A DNA stretch of 64,000 bases, from assembly GCA_900545265.1 (NCBI GenBank), contig UQYI01000006.1, positions 9,922 to 73,921 on the forward strand, read 5' to 3'. Of the stretch, positions 36,245 through 46,728 are shown one piece after another. The DNA comes from an uncultured Eubacteriales bacterium. Lineage in GTDB: Bacteria > Bacillota > Clostridia > Christensenellales > CAG-138. The notes under the pieces were generated by a model. The model saw nothing but the letters and a program-made list of their open reading frames with translations. It made no database searches and was not told the origin of the DNA. How positions within the stretch are numbered: the stretch's first letter is position 1; every line of letters starts with the position of its first letter. Position numbers and translations under genes: made by a program.

Positions 36245-37210
36245 TTACACCTCGCCTTCCCTGCCGCACAGGTGGCAGGCTACAAAATGATCCGGCGCAG
36301 CTTCCTGCAGAGGCGGCATCTCCCGGCGGCATATATCCCGGGCCAGAGGACAGCGGGCGGCAAACCGGCAGCCCGGCGGCGGATCGATGGGGCTGGGCAC
36401 CTCCCCCTGAAGGCGCTGGGGCTTTTGCCTGCGGTCAAAGTCTACCTTGGGCACCGCGGCCATCAGGGCTTTGGTATAGGGGTGCAGGGGCGCGGTAAAA
36501 AGGGTTTTGCTGGGAGCCAGCTCCACCATGCTCCCCAGATACATAACGCCTACCCGGTCAGAGATATGCCTGACCATGGAAAGATCGTGGGAGATGAATA
36601 GATAGGTCAGCCCCCGCTCCCGCTGCAGACGGATGAGCAGGTTGATGATCTGAGCCTGAATGGAAACATCCAGCGCGGAGATAGGCTCATCGCATACGAT
36701 AAATTCCGGATCCACCGCCAAAGCCCGGGCAATGCCTACCCGCTGCCGCTGCCCGCCGGAAAGCTCATGGGCAAAGCGGCTGGTGAACTGCTCCGTCAGT
36801 CCCACGGATAAAAGCAGCTCCTTTATCCGCCGCTCTTTCTCCTGATGGGAAAGGTGCAGATGCACATCCATACCCTCGGCAATGATCTCCCCAATGGTCA
36901 TCCGGGGATCCAGCGAGGAATAGGGATCCTGAAATACGATCTGGGCCCGGTGCTTAAAGTCCAGCAGTTCCCTGCCCTTCAGGCCGGCAATGTCCCTACC
37001 GTCAAAGAAGATCTGCCCGGCCGTGGGGGCGTACAGCCGCAGGAGCGTGCGGCCGCAGGTGGTCTTGCCGCAGCCGGATTCCCCCACCAGACCCAGAGTC
37101 TCTCCCCGGCGGATGGCAATGTTCACCCCATCTACGGCCTTCAGCTGCCGCTTCCGGTCTACGGGGAAGTATTTGCAAAGGTTTCTGGCCTCGATGAGAT
37201 ATTCGCTCAT
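36245..37210 (-). CDS. oppF: Oligopeptide ABC transporter ATP-binding protein OppF
   Basis: Walker [18 protein letters not shown], and a C-terminal oligopeptide/dipeptide TOBE-like Cys cluster. Confidence 0.9.
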   Translation of the reverse strand: MSEYLIEARNLCKYFPVDRKRQLKAVDGVNIAIRRGETLGLVGESGCGKTTCGRTLLRLYAPTAGQIFFDGRDIAGLKGRELLDFKHRAQIVFQDPYSSLDPRMTIGEIIAEGMDVHLHLSHQEKERRIKELLLSVGLTEQFTSRFAHELSGGQRQRVGIARALAVDPEFIVCDEPISALDVSIQAQIINLLIRLQRERGLTYLFISHDLSMVRHISDRVGVMYLGSMVELAPSKTLFTAPLHPYTKALMAAVPKVDFDRRQKPQRLQGEVPSPIDPPPGCRFAARCPLARDICRREMPPLQEAAPDHFVACHLCGREGEV

Positions 37211-38235
37211 AGCTGTTTCCTCCGGTCATAAAAGGATTCCACCTGGGGGGCGTCCGGGTGTCTCAGCCAGCAGCATACGCTGTGGCCCTCTTCCACGGGG
37301 GTCTCCGGGGGCATCTGCTCCTTGCAGATCTCCATGCAGTATTCGCAGCGGGGGGCAAAGGGGCAGTGGTGCAAAGGCAGCACCAGATCCGGCGGCGTGC
37401 CCTGCAGGGCATACAGCTCCTGCTTGTTTTCCCTTGCCAGGGAGGGCACGGAGGAAAGCAGCGCCCAGGTATAGGGGTGCTTGGCGTTTTCGAAGATGTC
37501 TTTGGTAAGACCCCGTTCCACGATCTGCCCGGCATACATGACCTGCACCCGGTCGGCAAAGCTGGCAATAACACCCAGATCATGGGATACCAGAATGATG
37601 GCCGTTCTGGTCTTTTCCTTCAGCTCCTGCAAAAGATCCAGGATCTGGGCCTGAATGGTCACATCCAGGGCGGTGGTAGGTTCGTCGGCAATGAGAATGG
37701 TGGGGTCGCAGGCCAGAGCCATGGCGATCATCACCCGCTGGCGCATACCGCCGGAAAGCTGGTGGGGGTAGGAATCGATGTTTTTCTCCGGATCCGGGAT
37801 GCGCACCATCTCCAGCATCCGAAGGGCTTCCTTCCTTGCCTCCTGCTTATTAAGGCCCCGGTGGAGCCGCAGCCCCTCCATGATCTGTTTGCCCACGGTC
37901 ATGGTGGGGTTCAGACTGGTCATTGGATCCTGAAAGATCATGCTGATCTCGTTGCCCCGCAGGCTCTGGAGCCGCTTTTTATCCATGTCCAGCACGTTTT
38001 CCCCGTTAAAGAGGATGGTGCTGTCCTTTTTGATCTCCGAAAAGGGCGGTTTCCACAGGCGCATGATGGCCTTGGCCGTGGCGGTCTTGCCGCAGCCGGA
38101 TTCCCCTACAAAGGCCAGGGTCTCGCCCTTGTCCACGTGGAAGGACACCCCCCGAACGGCCTTGACCTCCCCCGCATAGGTGTGGAAGGAGACCTGCAGA
38201 TTTTCTACATCCAATACTCTGTTTTCATTTTCCAT
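37207..38235 (-). CDS. oppD: Oligopeptide ABC transporter ATP-binding protein OppD
   Basis: GESGCGKTA and LSGGMRQR. Start [13 protein letters not shown] at 38235. Confidence 0.9.
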   Translation of the reverse strand: MENENRVLDVENLQVSFHTYAGEVKAVRGVSFHVDKGETLAFVGESGCGKTATAKAIMRLWKPPFSEIKKDSTILFNGENVLDMDKKRLQSLRGNEISMIFQDPMTSLNPTMTVGKQIMEGLRLHRGLNKQEARKEALRMLEMVRIPDPEKNIDSYPHQLSGGMRQRVMIAMALACDPTILIADEPTTALDVTIQAQILDLLQELKEKTRTAIILVSHDLGVIASFADRVQVMYAGQIVERGLTKDIFENAKHPYTWALLSSVPSLARENKQELYALQGTPPDLVLPLHHCPFAPRCEYCMEICKEQMPPETPVEEGHSVCCWLRHPDAPQVESFYDRRKQL

Positions 38236-38243
38236 AACTGGCC

Positions 38244-39164
38244 TCACTTTCTGCCCTTGGGGTCCATGGCGTCCCTGAGACCATCCCCGATCAGGGTGAA
38301 GCAAAGCATGGTCAGGGCGATCATAAGCACCGGGAACAGCAGCAGATAGGGGTAAAAGGTGAACTGAGACTGAGCCGCAGAGGCCAGAGCGCCCCAGCTG
38401 GTGCCCGGGGGCTGAATGCCCAGCCCCAGATAGCTGAGGAAGGCTTCGGAGAAGATATACCCGGGAATATCAAAGGTGATGGATACGATGATGACCCCCA
38501 TGGTATTGGGGATAAAATGCCGTGTGACCACCTTCCAGGGGCTTACCCCCAGGGCCTGAGCCGCCAGAGTGTATTCTTCGCTTTTGATCTGGAGCATCTG
38601 GGCCCGGACGAAGCGGGCCGTGCCGCACCAGCCGGTAATGGTCATGGCCAGCAGCAGGGTGGTGATGTTGGAATTCTGCAATATGACGGACATGAGGATC
38701 ACTACGATCAGATAGGGCACGGAGATGAGCACCTCCACGATGCGCATCATGATATTGTCTACCGCCCCGCCGAAGTAAGCGGCGATGCCCCCATAGATAC
38801 AGCCGATGGTGGTGCTGATCAGTGCCGCCGCCAGGCCGATGACCATGGAGACCCGGCCCCCGATCCATACCCGGGTGAACACGTCCCGCCCCAGCTTATC
38901 CGTGCCGAACCAGTGGGTTTTGCTGGGGGAGACCAGCCGGGCGCTCTTGTCCATGGTCTCATATTCATAGGGGGAGAGGATGGGCGCAAAGATGCACATG
39001 AGCACCAGCACGCCCAGCAGGATCAGAGCGCCTACGGCTACTTTGTTTTCTTTAAAGCGCCGCCAGCAGTCCTTCCAGTAGCCGACATGAGGGCGGGCGA
39101 TGGAATCGGCCTCCGCCTCCCGGTTCTGCACAAAGGCAAATTTTTCTTTGGGTATCTGTTCCAT
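38244..39164 (-). CDS. oppC: Oligopeptide ABC transporter permease OppC
   Basis: BPD_transp_1 permease with an OppC N-terminal region. Confidence 0.9.
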   Translation of the reverse strand: MEQIPKEKFAFVQNREAEADSIARPHVGYWKDCWRRFKENKVAVGALILLGVLVLMCIFAPILSPYEYETMDKSARLVSPSKTHWFGTDKLGRDVFTRVWIGGRVSMVIGLAAALISTTIGCIYGGIAAYFGGAVDNIMMRIVEVLISVPYLIVVILMSVILQNSNITTLLLAMTITGWCGTARFVRAQMLQIKSEEYTLAAQALGVSPWKVVTRHFIPNTMGVIIVSITFDIPGYIFSEAFLSYLGLGIQPPGTSWGALASAAQSQFTFYPYLLLFPVLMIALTMLCFTLIGDGLRDAMDPKGRK

Positions 39165-39173
39165 GGTCCCCTC

Positions 39174-40103
39174 CTATCTTTTGCCCGTAATGCGGATACG
39201 GGGATCTATGAGCATATATACGAAATCCAGCACTACCTGCATGATGATGAACAGCGCCGCATAAAAAACGGTGGTGCCCAGCACCATGGTATAGTCGTGA
39301 CTGTTGATGGAGTTGATGTAATAAAACCCGATGCCGGGGATGGCAAACATGCGCTCCGTTACAAAGGCGCCGGTGAACACCCCCACCACACTGCCGGCAA
39401 AAATGGTCACGCAGGGCATGAGGGAGTTGCGCAGCACGTGGCGGGTGATGACCTGCCTTTCGGAAAGGCCCTTGGCTCGGGCGGTGAGCACATAGTCCTG
39501 ATCCATGGTCTCCAGCATGCTGGCCTTTACATAGCGGGCATAGGTGGCAATGGTGCCGAAGGAAAGGACGATCACCGGCATGACCAGGTGCTTGGGTTCT
39601 CCCCAGCCGGAGGAGGGCAGCCAGCCCAGATTCACGCTCAGCAGCAGCTGCAGCAGGGAGATGAGCACGAATACGGGCACGGTAGTGCCCAGTATGGCAA
39701 TGAACATGACCAGATAATCGGGCCATTTATTTTTGTTTAGGGCAGCCATAATGCCCATGAACACGCCGATCACCGTGCCGATAAGCAGGGCGATGCCCCC
39801 CACCAGACCGGAGATGGGGGAGGTGGAGGCAATGGTGCCGCTGACGGAGCGGCCGGCGTACAGCAAACTTTCACCCAGATCCAGCCGGAGCAGGTTTTTC
39901 ATATAGGTCAGGTACTGCTCAAACAGGGGCCTGTCCAGCCCATAGCGGGCATAAAAGGCCTGGCGGGTCTGCTCGGGCAGGGCCCGGGCCATGGTGGCCA
40001 GGGGATCGCCCGGAATGGCGCGCATGAGAAAGAAGGTGATCGTCACCACCACAAACAGGGTGAGGAACATATATCCCACGCGCTTGAGGATGTATTTGCC
40101 CAT
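39174..40103 (-). CDS. oppB: Oligopeptide ABC transporter permease OppB
   Basis: Start MGKYILKRVGYMFLTLF (residue 27 of the track ORF), after AAAGGAG. My hand count of the start is uncertain by 1 nt. Confidence 0.9.
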   Translation of the reverse strand: MGKYILKRVGYMFLTLFVVVTITFFLMRAIPGDPLATMARALPEQTRQAFYARYGLDRPLFEQYLTYMKNLLRLDLGESLLYAGRSVSGTIASTSPISGLVGGIALLIGTVIGVFMGIMAALNKNKWPDYLVMFIAILGTTVPVFVLISLLQLLLSVNLGWLPSSGWGEPKHLVMPVIVLSFGTIATYARYVKASMLETMDQDYVLTARAKGLSERQVITRHVLRNSLMPCVTIFAGSVVGVFTGAFVTERMFAIPGIGFYYINSINSHDYTMVLGTTVFYAALFIIMQVVLDFVYMLIDPRIRITGKR

Positions 40104-40196
40104 AAAAAGGCTCCTTTCTTTGGGGACGCTGGGGTAAAAAGCGGGGGGCAGGCCCGGGGAAATCCACGGCCCGCCCCCCACAGGAGGAATTAGTTT

Positions 40197-41939
40197 TTAT
40201 TGGGGACGTTCGCCGGTAGACAGGCCCTTGTAACCGGTGATGCTGAAGGCCAGCTCGCCGTAGCCCTTTACATAGCTGCGGTAGAAGCTGTTGTTGGTAA
40301 AGGTCAGCACGGGGCAAACGGCACAGTCCTGACGCAGAAGGATATCCTCGGCCTTCTTATACATTTCCAGACGCTTGGTTTCGTCCTGCTCGGAAAGAGC
40401 GGCCTCTACCAGCTGGTCAAACTCGGCGTTGGCCCAGCCGGTCTGGATGGAGTCGTTGGCGGAGTTGAACAGGCTGAGCATATCGTAGGGATCGTTGTAG
40501 TAAGCGCCCCAGGCCATGTAGCCAATCTGGAAGTTGCCCTTCTGCACGTTGTCATAGAAGATATCCCAGTTGTTGAAGCTGATCTCCATGTTCACGCCCA
40601 GAGTGGCTTTGTAAGACTGCTGCAGATATTCGCCGAAGGTGCGGAACCACTCATCGGTACCGGCCAGAGAGAAGGTGACTTTCAGGGTGGCGGGGTCATT
40701 GCCCAGGCCCAGTTCTTCCATGCCCTTGAGCAGGTAATCCTTGGCGGTGAGGCCTTCCTTGGTCATCTCGTCGGTCATTTCCTGAATGGTCTGACCGGCA
40801 TATTCGCGGAAGTTGGTCTCGCCTACGGAGATGGCGGGGCAGATCCAGCCATAAGTGGGCACGTTGGCGCCGCCGAAGCACATGTCGTTGAGCTCTTCCC
40901 GATCCATGGCCAGGGTGAAGGCCTTGCGGATATTGGCGTTGGAGAAGATGGCATCCTTGGTGTTATAGAAGCTGTAAGCCAGGGTGGCGCTGGGAGTGAT
41001 CTGGTACACCACATCGCTGTAGCTCATGAACTTGTCGATCCACTCGGCTTCGCTGGTGCTGCAGTAATCCAGCTCATAGCTTTCAAAGCCGTTGTAGATG
41101 GTGGTGGAGTCGGAAAGGATGGAAAGGTTTACAGTTTCCAGAGATACGTTTTCGGCGTTCCAGTAGTAGGGGTTCTTCTTGAGGACGATCTTGCTGTTGT
41201 GCACCCAGCTCTCCATCATGTAGGGGCCGTTGCCCATGGTGTATTCGGCCTCGGTGCCATACTTTTCACCGTACTTTTCCATTATGTCCTGCCGCTGGGG
41301 ATAATAAATGGTGCCGGAGCACATCTCCAGGAAGGAAGCCATGGGATAAGCCAGCGTGATCTCCAGGGTCTTGTCGTCCAGAGCCTTTACGCCCAGTTCT
41401 TCAATGGAGGCGCCGTCCTTGATCTCCTTATAGCCCTTGACGGGGGTGAGGAAGAATTCGTTGGGGCAGCCGGTGGCGGGATCGGCGGAACGCCGCAGGG
41501 AGTATACATAATCCTGTGCGGTGACTTCCTGACCGTCGGCCCACTTGTTGTTCCCCAGGTGGAAGGTCCACACGGTGCCGTCAGCGCTGAGTTCCCAGGT
41601 CTGGGCATCGCCGGGAGCCATGTGGTATTCTCCGTCCTTCTCTTCCAGACGAACCAGACCCTCCATCACATTGTTGATGACGGTGCCGGAATAAGTATCG
41701 GCATTCAGGGAGATGTCCATGGAAGTGGGGTCAGCCACCATGTAAGTGTTGTAATACTGGGCAACCGTTTGAGCGGCGGGATCCTTTGCCTCGTCGCCGG
41801 CGGGTTTCTGCTCGTCCTGGGTGGTCCCGGCGGTCTGCTTCTGGTCGTCTTTGGGGAGCTCGCCCTGCTGATTGTTGCTGCAGGCGGTCACGGCAAAAAG
41901 CATGGCCAAGGCCAAGAGAATACTCAGTGCCTTCTTCAT
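40197..41939 (-). CDS. oppA: Oligopeptide-binding lipoprotein OppA (SBP family 5)
   Basis: Start MKKALSILLALAMLFAVTACS (lipobox), after GGAGGAAAC. Family-5 solute-binding protein length and sequence. Confidence 0.9.
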   Translation of the reverse strand: MKKALSILLALAMLFAVTACSNNQQGELPKDDQKQTAGTTQDEQKPAGDEAKDPAAQTVAQYYNTYMVADPTSMDISLNADTYSGTVINNVMEGLVRLEEKDGEYHMAPGDAQTWELSADGTVWTFHLGNNKWADGQEVTAQDYVYSLRRSADPATGCPNEFFLTPVKGYKEIKDGASIEELGVKALDDKTLEITLAYPMASFLEMCSGTIYYPQRQDIMEKYGEKYGTEAEYTMGNGPYMMESWVHNSKIVLKKNPYYWNAENVSLETVNLSILSDSTTIYNGFESYELDYCSTSEAEWIDKFMSYSDVVYQITPSATLAYSFYNTKDAIFSNANIRKAFTLAMDREELNDMCFGGANVPTYGWICPAISVGETNFREYAGQTIQEMTDEMTKEGLTAKDYLLKGMEELGLGNDPATLKVTFSLAGTDEWFRTFGEYLQQSYKATLGVNMEISFNNWDIFYDNVQKGNFQIGYMAWGAYYNDPYDMLSLFNSANDSIQTGWANAEFDQLVEAALSEQDETKRLEMYKKAEDILLRQDCAVCPVLTFTNNSFYRSYVKGYGELAFSITGYKGLSTGERPQ

Positions 41940-41993
41940 CAGTGTGTTTCCTCCTTGTTTATTCACCGGATTTTTCCGGCTGTTTACAGGCAA

Positions 41994-42023
41994 AGTATAG
42001 CATATACTTTAGTTTTCAGTCAA
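41994..42023 (-). promoter_or_regulatory. Predicted sigma-A promoter of the opp operon
   Basis: Minus strand: TTGACT (42023-42018), 18 nt spacer, TATACT (41999-41994). Confidence 0.55.
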
Positions 42024-42103
42024 TAACCACTCCATAATATATATAACTTTGCTAAAAAATAAGGGTTTTATGGTGAAAAATAGAGATACAGGCGATGTAT
42101 AAA

Positions 42104-42133
42104 TAAAAATCGGGCCCCGCAATGCAAGGCCCG
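42104..42133 (-). terminator. Probable terminator after the RpiR-family gene
   Basis: Minus strand: CGGGCC...GGCCCG hairpin followed by ATTTTTATTTAT. Confidence 0.5.
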
Positions 42134-42144
42134 TATCATTTATT

Positions 42145-43044
42145 TTACAGATTTATGGCGGATCCGCCTTGTTCCGCGTCGGAGCTTTCCAGCAGCTGGT
42201 GAAAAGCGGTCTTTTCTTCCAGACCGCTGCAGCGGGAAACCCCCAGCCGGATATTTACGGCAGAACAGAGCAGGTTGACCAGCATCATGGGGGCGCCCAT
42301 GGTGTTCAAAAACATCCGGGTCTGGGTGGGGGCATACAGCACCAGATCGCTGAAGGGACATACGGGGGAACGATCCGTATCCGTCATGGAAAGAATCTTC
42401 AGTCCTTTGCCGTGGGCGTATTCCAACAGCTTGGTGGTCACACGGAAATAGTCCGGGAAGGAGACACCGAAAACCAGCGTCCCGGGCGTCAGCAGGGGCA
42501 GAGCCCGGTGAATGCTTTCATCCAGCTCCGTATTTACGCAAATCACACCCCGGCCCACTACGGAGAGCATGGTGGCCAGACCGTCGCAGGCGATCAGGGA
42601 GACGCCTCGTCCGCAGAGCACGATCCTTTCCGCTTCCAGGATCATATCGGCCGCCAGAAGCATATCTCCCAGGCGAAGCTGGCGGAAGAATACCTCCGTG
42701 AGCTTTTTTTCTTCCAGGCAGATATCCTGAAGCAGCGCTTCGGTATTGCTCAACTCATAGCCGGGGATGCGGGGGGTATTGTATTCCACATCCAGATGGC
42801 GGGTGTATTCCAGCTGACGGGCGGCGTATTTGCGAAATTCATATTTCAAATCGCTGAAGCTGGAAAAGCCCAGCAGCGCACAGGTTTTCAGTACGGTCAT
42901 TTCCGTGACGCCGGAATCCCGGGCTACCTCTTTCAGCGTGACATAGGACATGCGCTCCACATCCTCCAGCATATAGTTGGCCACGTCCCGCTGCTTCCGG
43001 GTCAGATAGGGGTACTTCTCTTTTATCTTGTCTACGATCCCCAT
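42145..43044 (-). CDS. MurR/RpiR-family transcriptional regulator (HTH_6 plus SIS domain)
   Basis: N-terminal LTRKQRDVANYML...SYVTLKEVARDSGVTEMTVLK HTH and a C-terminal SIS domain. Start MGIVDKI follows AAGGAG. Confidence 0.85.
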   Translation of the reverse strand: MGIVDKIKEKYPYLTRKQRDVANYMLEDVERMSYVTLKEVARDSGVTEMTVLKTCALLGFSSFSDLKYEFRKYAARQLEYTRHLDVEYNTPRIPGYELSNTEALLQDICLEEKKLTEVFFRQLRLGDMLLAADMILEAERIVLCGRGVSLIACDGLATMLSVVGRGVICVNTELDESIHRALPLLTPGTLVFGVSFPDYFRVTTKLLEYAHGKGLKILSMTDTDRSPVCPFSDLVLYAPTQTRMFLNTMGAPMMLVNLLCSAVNIRLGVSRCSGLEEKTAFHQLLESSDAEQGGSAINL

Positions 43045-43224
43045 GAATGCTCCTTGCTGCATGTATTTGCTTTTTGATTATAGCATTTACTATAAAGTTT
43101 GGCAAGAAGTGCGTAAGGGAACTGCTTTCCGGCGTTTTTCATATAAAGGCCGGCGGGGGGAGAGCTTTGTTTTCCGATTTATAGATAGTGAGAGCGGGGA
43201 TCTGGCAACGTATCCGAACCGCCG

Positions 43225-43261
43225 CAAAAAAGCCCGCCGGAGAGCCGGCGGGCCGTTTTTC
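43225..43261 (-). terminator. Bidirectional terminator after mscS
   Basis: AAAAAAGCCCGCCGG agag CCGGCGGGCCGTTTTT. Confidence 0.75.
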
Positions 43262-43267
43262 TGAGGA

Positions 43268-44065
43268 TCAGGAAGGGCGTATGGTAACGGTGGGGTAGGG
43301 GATGGAAAGCCCCTTTTCCTCCAGCAGGGCCTTGCTTCTGGCCTGTATGTCATAATACAGGGTCCAGTAGTCGCTGTTTTTTACCCATACCTGCAACACA
43401 AAGTCCATGGAGGAATCCCGGTAGGTCTTAAAGGCTGCAAAAGGCCCGGGATCCTTCAAAGCCAGGGGGCTTGCTTCCGCCAGCTCCAGCAGGGCGGAAA
43501 CGGCCTTGTCCACCGGGGTATCATAGGCCAGGGAGAAGGTGAGCACCAGTCGCCGCTTTTCCTTCAAAGAAAGGTTTTTGAGCGCGGAATTGCTCAGCGT
43601 GGCGTTGGGGATGACCACGGTGCTGTTGTCAAAGGTGGTCAGGGTGGTATAGAAGACGGACATGGCCTCTACCGTGCCTTCCGTATCCCCGCTGACGATA
43701 TAATCCCCCACCCGGAAGGGGTGGAACAGCAGCAGCATGATGCCTCCGGCAAAGTTGCTCAGACTCCCCTGCAAAGCCAGGCCGATGGCCAGCCCGCAGC
43801 TGCCCAGCAGCGTTACGATGGAGGCCATGGGCACGCCCATGATGTTCACAGCGATGATAATGACCACCGCCTTGAGGGCTATGGACAGAAAGCTGTGGAG
43901 GAAGCTTTGGGCTTCCGGATCCATCTTTACCAGATGCTGCTTTTTCAGCCGCCCGGAAAGGACGCTGCAAAGCTTCAGCCCTACGCCCAGCACCAGCAGC
44001 CCCAGCACCAGATTTTTTCCGGTCTGCAGGGCAAAGAGCTTGACGCTATCCCACAGGCTGTCCAT
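43268..44065 (-). CDS. mscS: Small-conductance mechanosensitive channel (MscS family)
   Basis: Three TM helices followed by the PFRVGDYI beta-domain motif. Confidence 0.85.
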   Translation of the reverse strand: MDSLWDSVKLFALQTGKNLVLGLLVLGVGLKLCSVLSGRLKKQHLVKMDPEAQSFLHSFLSIALKAVVIIIAVNIMGVPMASIVTLLGSCGLAIGLALQGSLSNFAGGIMLLLFHPFRVGDYIVSGDTEGTVEAMSVFYTTLTTFDNSTVVIPNATLSNSALKNLSLKEKRRLVLTFSLAYDTPVDKAVSALLELAEASPLALKDPGPFAAFKTYRDSSMDFVLQVWVKNSDYWTLYYDIQARSKALLEEKGLSIPYPTVTIRPS

Positions 44066-46473
44066 CAGTTGGCCACCACGTTGACCACGTTCTTTACCAC
44101 GATGACCTTGCGCACGGTTTTCCCGGTGATAAAGGGCGCCAGTTCAGGGGCGCTGAGAGCGGTCTTTTCCACCTCTTCTTTGGAAGCGGCGGCAGGCATC
44201 TTGATCCGGCAGCGGATCTTGCCGTTGACCTGCACCCCATACTCCACTTCATCGGCCACCAGAGCGTTTTCGTCATAGACGGGCCAGGGCGCGTGATGCA
44301 GGGGCTGCTCATAGCCCAGGATCTCATTGAGCTCCTCACAGATATGGGGGGCTACGGGATCCAGCAGCAGCAGCAGGGTGCGGAACTCTTCCCGGGTGAT
44401 GCTGCCCTTGGCATAGAAATCGTTGACCAGGGCCATCATGGCGGCAATGGCGGTGTTGAACTTCATCCGCTCAAAGTCCTCAGTGACCTTCTTGATGCAG
44501 GCGTGCACCTTGGGCCGCATATCGGCGGTCTCGCCCTGTCCCTGAAGCATATCCTGCAGGCGCCATACCCGATCCAGGAACTTCCGGCAGCCTCTGGCGC
44601 CGGCGGTGCTCCAGGGAATGGGCTGGTCAAAGGCGCCCATGAACATTTCATAGGTGCGGAAGGCATCGGCCCCTGCTTCTTTAACGATATCGTCCGGGTT
44701 CACCACGTTCCCCCGGGACTTGCTCATCTTTTCGCCGTTCTCTCCCAGCACCATGCCGTGGCTGGTGCGCTTTTTATAGGGCTCCCGGTAAGGCACTACG
44801 CCGCAGTCATAGAGGAACTGGTTCCAGAAGCGGGAATAGAGAAGGTGCAGGGTGGTGTGCTCCATGCCGCCGTTGTACCAGTCTACGGGCATCCAGTATT
44901 TCAGGGCCTCCGGGGAAGCCAGGCACTGGTCGTTGTGCGGATCGCAGTAGCGGAGGAAGTACCAGCTGGAACCGGCCCAGTTGGGCATGGTGTCCGTTTC
45001 ACGGGTGGCGGGGCCACCGCAATGGGGGCAGGTGGTCCGGATCCAGTCCGTAGCCCGGATCAGAGCGGAAGAGCCGTCGTCACCGGGGGTAAAGTCTGCG
45101 ATCTCGGGCAGCAGCAGGGGCAGCTGCTCCGTGGGGAGGGGTACCCAGCCGCACTTATCGCAATGGACCAGGGGGATAGGCTCGCCCCAGTACCGCTGGC
45201 GGGTAAATACCCAGTCCCGAAGCTTATAGTTCACCCGGCGCTTGCCGATCCCTTTTTCTTCCAGGAATTTGATCATGGCGGGGATGGCCTCGCTGACCTC
45301 CATGCCGTTGAGGAAGCCGGAGTTCACCAGCTTGCCCTTGTGACAGTCGGTAAAGGCCGCTTCCTGCACGTTGCCGCCGGCCACCACTTCGATGATGGGC
45401 AGATCAAACTTTTTGGCAAACTCCCAGTCCCGCTCATCGTGGCCGGGCACGGCCATGATGGCGCCTGTGCCGTAACTCATGAGCACATAGTCAGAGACGA
45501 ACACGGGGATATGCACGCCGTTAACGGGGTTGACGGCTTCAATACCCTCCAGCCGCACGCCGGTCTTGTCCTTGTTCAGCTCGCTCCGCTCAAAATCGCT
45601 CTTCCGGGCGGCGGCTTGCCGGTAGGCGGCTACTGCGGCATAGTTGGCAATGGCGTCTTTATGCTTTTCGATAAGGGGGTGCTCCGGGGAAATGACCATA
45701 TAGGTCACGCCGAACATGGTATCCGGCCGGGTGGTGAAGATCTCTACGGAATCCTCCACGCCGCTCAGGCGGAAGGTGGCCTGGGCTCCCTCGCTGCGGC
45801 CGATCCAGTTGCGCTGCTGGGTCTTGACCCGGTCGATGAAGTCCACGTCGTTGAGTCCGTCGATAAGGGAATCGGCATATGCGGTGATCTTGAGCATCCA
45901 CTGGGAGCGGATCTTCTGGATAACGGGGGCCCCGCAGCGCTCACAGCAGCCGTCCACCACCTCTTCGTTGGCCAGGCCCACCTTGCAGCTGGTACAGAAA
46001 TTGATGGGGATCTCAGCCTTATAGGCCAGCCCCTTTTCAAAGAACTTCAAAAAGATCCACTGGGTCCACTTGTAATAGGCCGGATCGGTGGTATCCACCT
46101 CTCGGTCATAATCAAAGGAGAAACCCAGCCGCTGGAGCTGCCCGCGGAAACGGGCAATGTTCTGCTTGGTAACGATGGCAGGATGGATGCCCGTTTTGAT
46201 GGCGTAATTTTCGGTGGGCAGGCCAAAGGCATCCCAGCCGATGGGGAACAGAACGTTGTAGCCCTCCATGCGCCGTTTACGGGCGATGATATCCATGGCG
46301 GTGTAAGGCCGGGGATGGCCCACGTGCAGCCCCTGTCCGGAAGGGTAGGGGAACTCCAGCAGCCCGTAAAACTTGGGCTTGGAGTGGTCTTCACCGGTGT
46401 GGAAGGCCTTCTGCTCGTTCCACTTCTGCTGCCATTTCGGCTCTATGATCTGCGGATCGTAAGTCTGTGCCAT
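44065..46473 (-). CDS. leuS: Leucyl-tRNA synthetase
   Basis: HIGH-type motif (HVGHPRPY), KMSKS, and CP1 editing domain. 802 aa. Confidence 0.97.
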   Translation of the reverse strand: MAQTYDPQIIEPKWQQKWNEQKAFHTGEDHSKPKFYGLLEFPYPSGQGLHVGHPRPYTAMDIIARKRRMEGYNVLFPIGWDAFGLPTENYAIKTGIHPAIVTKQNIARFRGQLQRLGFSFDYDREVDTTDPAYYKWTQWIFLKFFEKGLAYKAEIPINFCTSCKVGLANEEVVDGCCERCGAPVIQKIRSQWMLKITAYADSLIDGLNDVDFIDRVKTQQRNWIGRSEGAQATFRLSGVEDSVEIFTTRPDTMFGVTYMVISPEHPLIEKHKDAIANYAAVAAYRQAAARKSDFERSELNKDKTGVRLEGIEAVNPVNGVHIPVFVSDYVLMSYGTGAIMAVPGHDERDWEFAKKFDLPIIEVVAGGNVQEAAFTDCHKGKLVNSGFLNGMEVSEAIPAMIKFLEEKGIGKRRVNYKLRDWVFTRQRYWGEPIPLVHCDKCGWVPLPTEQLPLLLPEIADFTPGDDGSSALIRATDWIRTTCPHCGGPATRETDTMPNWAGSSWYFLRYCDPHNDQCLASPEALKYWMPVDWYNGGMEHTTLHLLYSRFWNQFLYDCGVVPYREPYKKRTSHGMVLGENGEKMSKSRGNVVNPDDIVKEAGADAFRTYEMFMGAFDQPIPWSTAGARGCRKFLDRVWRLQDMLQGQGETADMRPKVHACIKKVTEDFERMKFNTAIAAMMALVNDFYAKGSITREEFRTLLLLLDPVAPHICEELNEILGYEQPLHHAPWPVYDENALVADEVEYGVQVNGKIRCRIKMPAAASKEEVEKTALSAPELAPFITGKTVRKVIVVKNVVNVVAN

Positions 46474-46537
46474 AATCTCTCCTCTTTCGTGTATATGTTG
46501 TGAAAAGCAAGCTCTTTCGCTATTCTTACAATCTTAT

Positions 46538-46566
46538 ACAATAGCCTGTTTCGGCCTGTTTGTCAA
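46538..46566 (-). promoter_or_regulatory. Predicted leuS promoter (no T-box leader seen)
   Basis: Minus strand: TTGACA (46566-46561), 17 nt spacer, TATTGT (46543-46538), leaving a leader of about 60 nt. Confidence 0.5.
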
Positions 46567-46728
46567 CGTTTTCGCCGGGAAGGATATGCCGGATCCCGCT
46601 GTTGCAGCATAAACGCTTCCCGACAAAATCGCCAAACCCGCCGGCGGCAGGAAAGACGTATCCATCCCCGGCACGCATATACACCAAAGAAGAAGGGCGG
46701 TGATCCCCGCAGCCCCTGCGGGGGGCGC

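Noticed and set aside
33017-36498. 630-aa and 390-aa plus-strand ORFs (33017-34909 and 35326-36498).
   Set aside because: They lie antisense to the transglutaminase-like, pmbA and tldD genes. They are shadow ORFs.
40200-42026. 608-aa plus-strand ORF.
   Set aside because: It lies antisense to oppA (lipoprotein signal, family-5 SBP). It is Gly/Val/Ala-rich and has no domain.
44293-46503. 736-aa plus-strand ORF.
   Set aside because: It lies antisense to leuS, whose HIGH and KMSKS motifs are unambiguous. It is a shadow ORF.
46474-46728. T-box leader upstream of leuS, as expected in many Firmicutes.
   Set aside because: I read the minus strand and found no T-box sequence (AGGGTGGTACCGCG-like), no specifier-loop features and no terminator/antiterminator pair. 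A plain promoter about 60 nt upstream of the ATG fits better.
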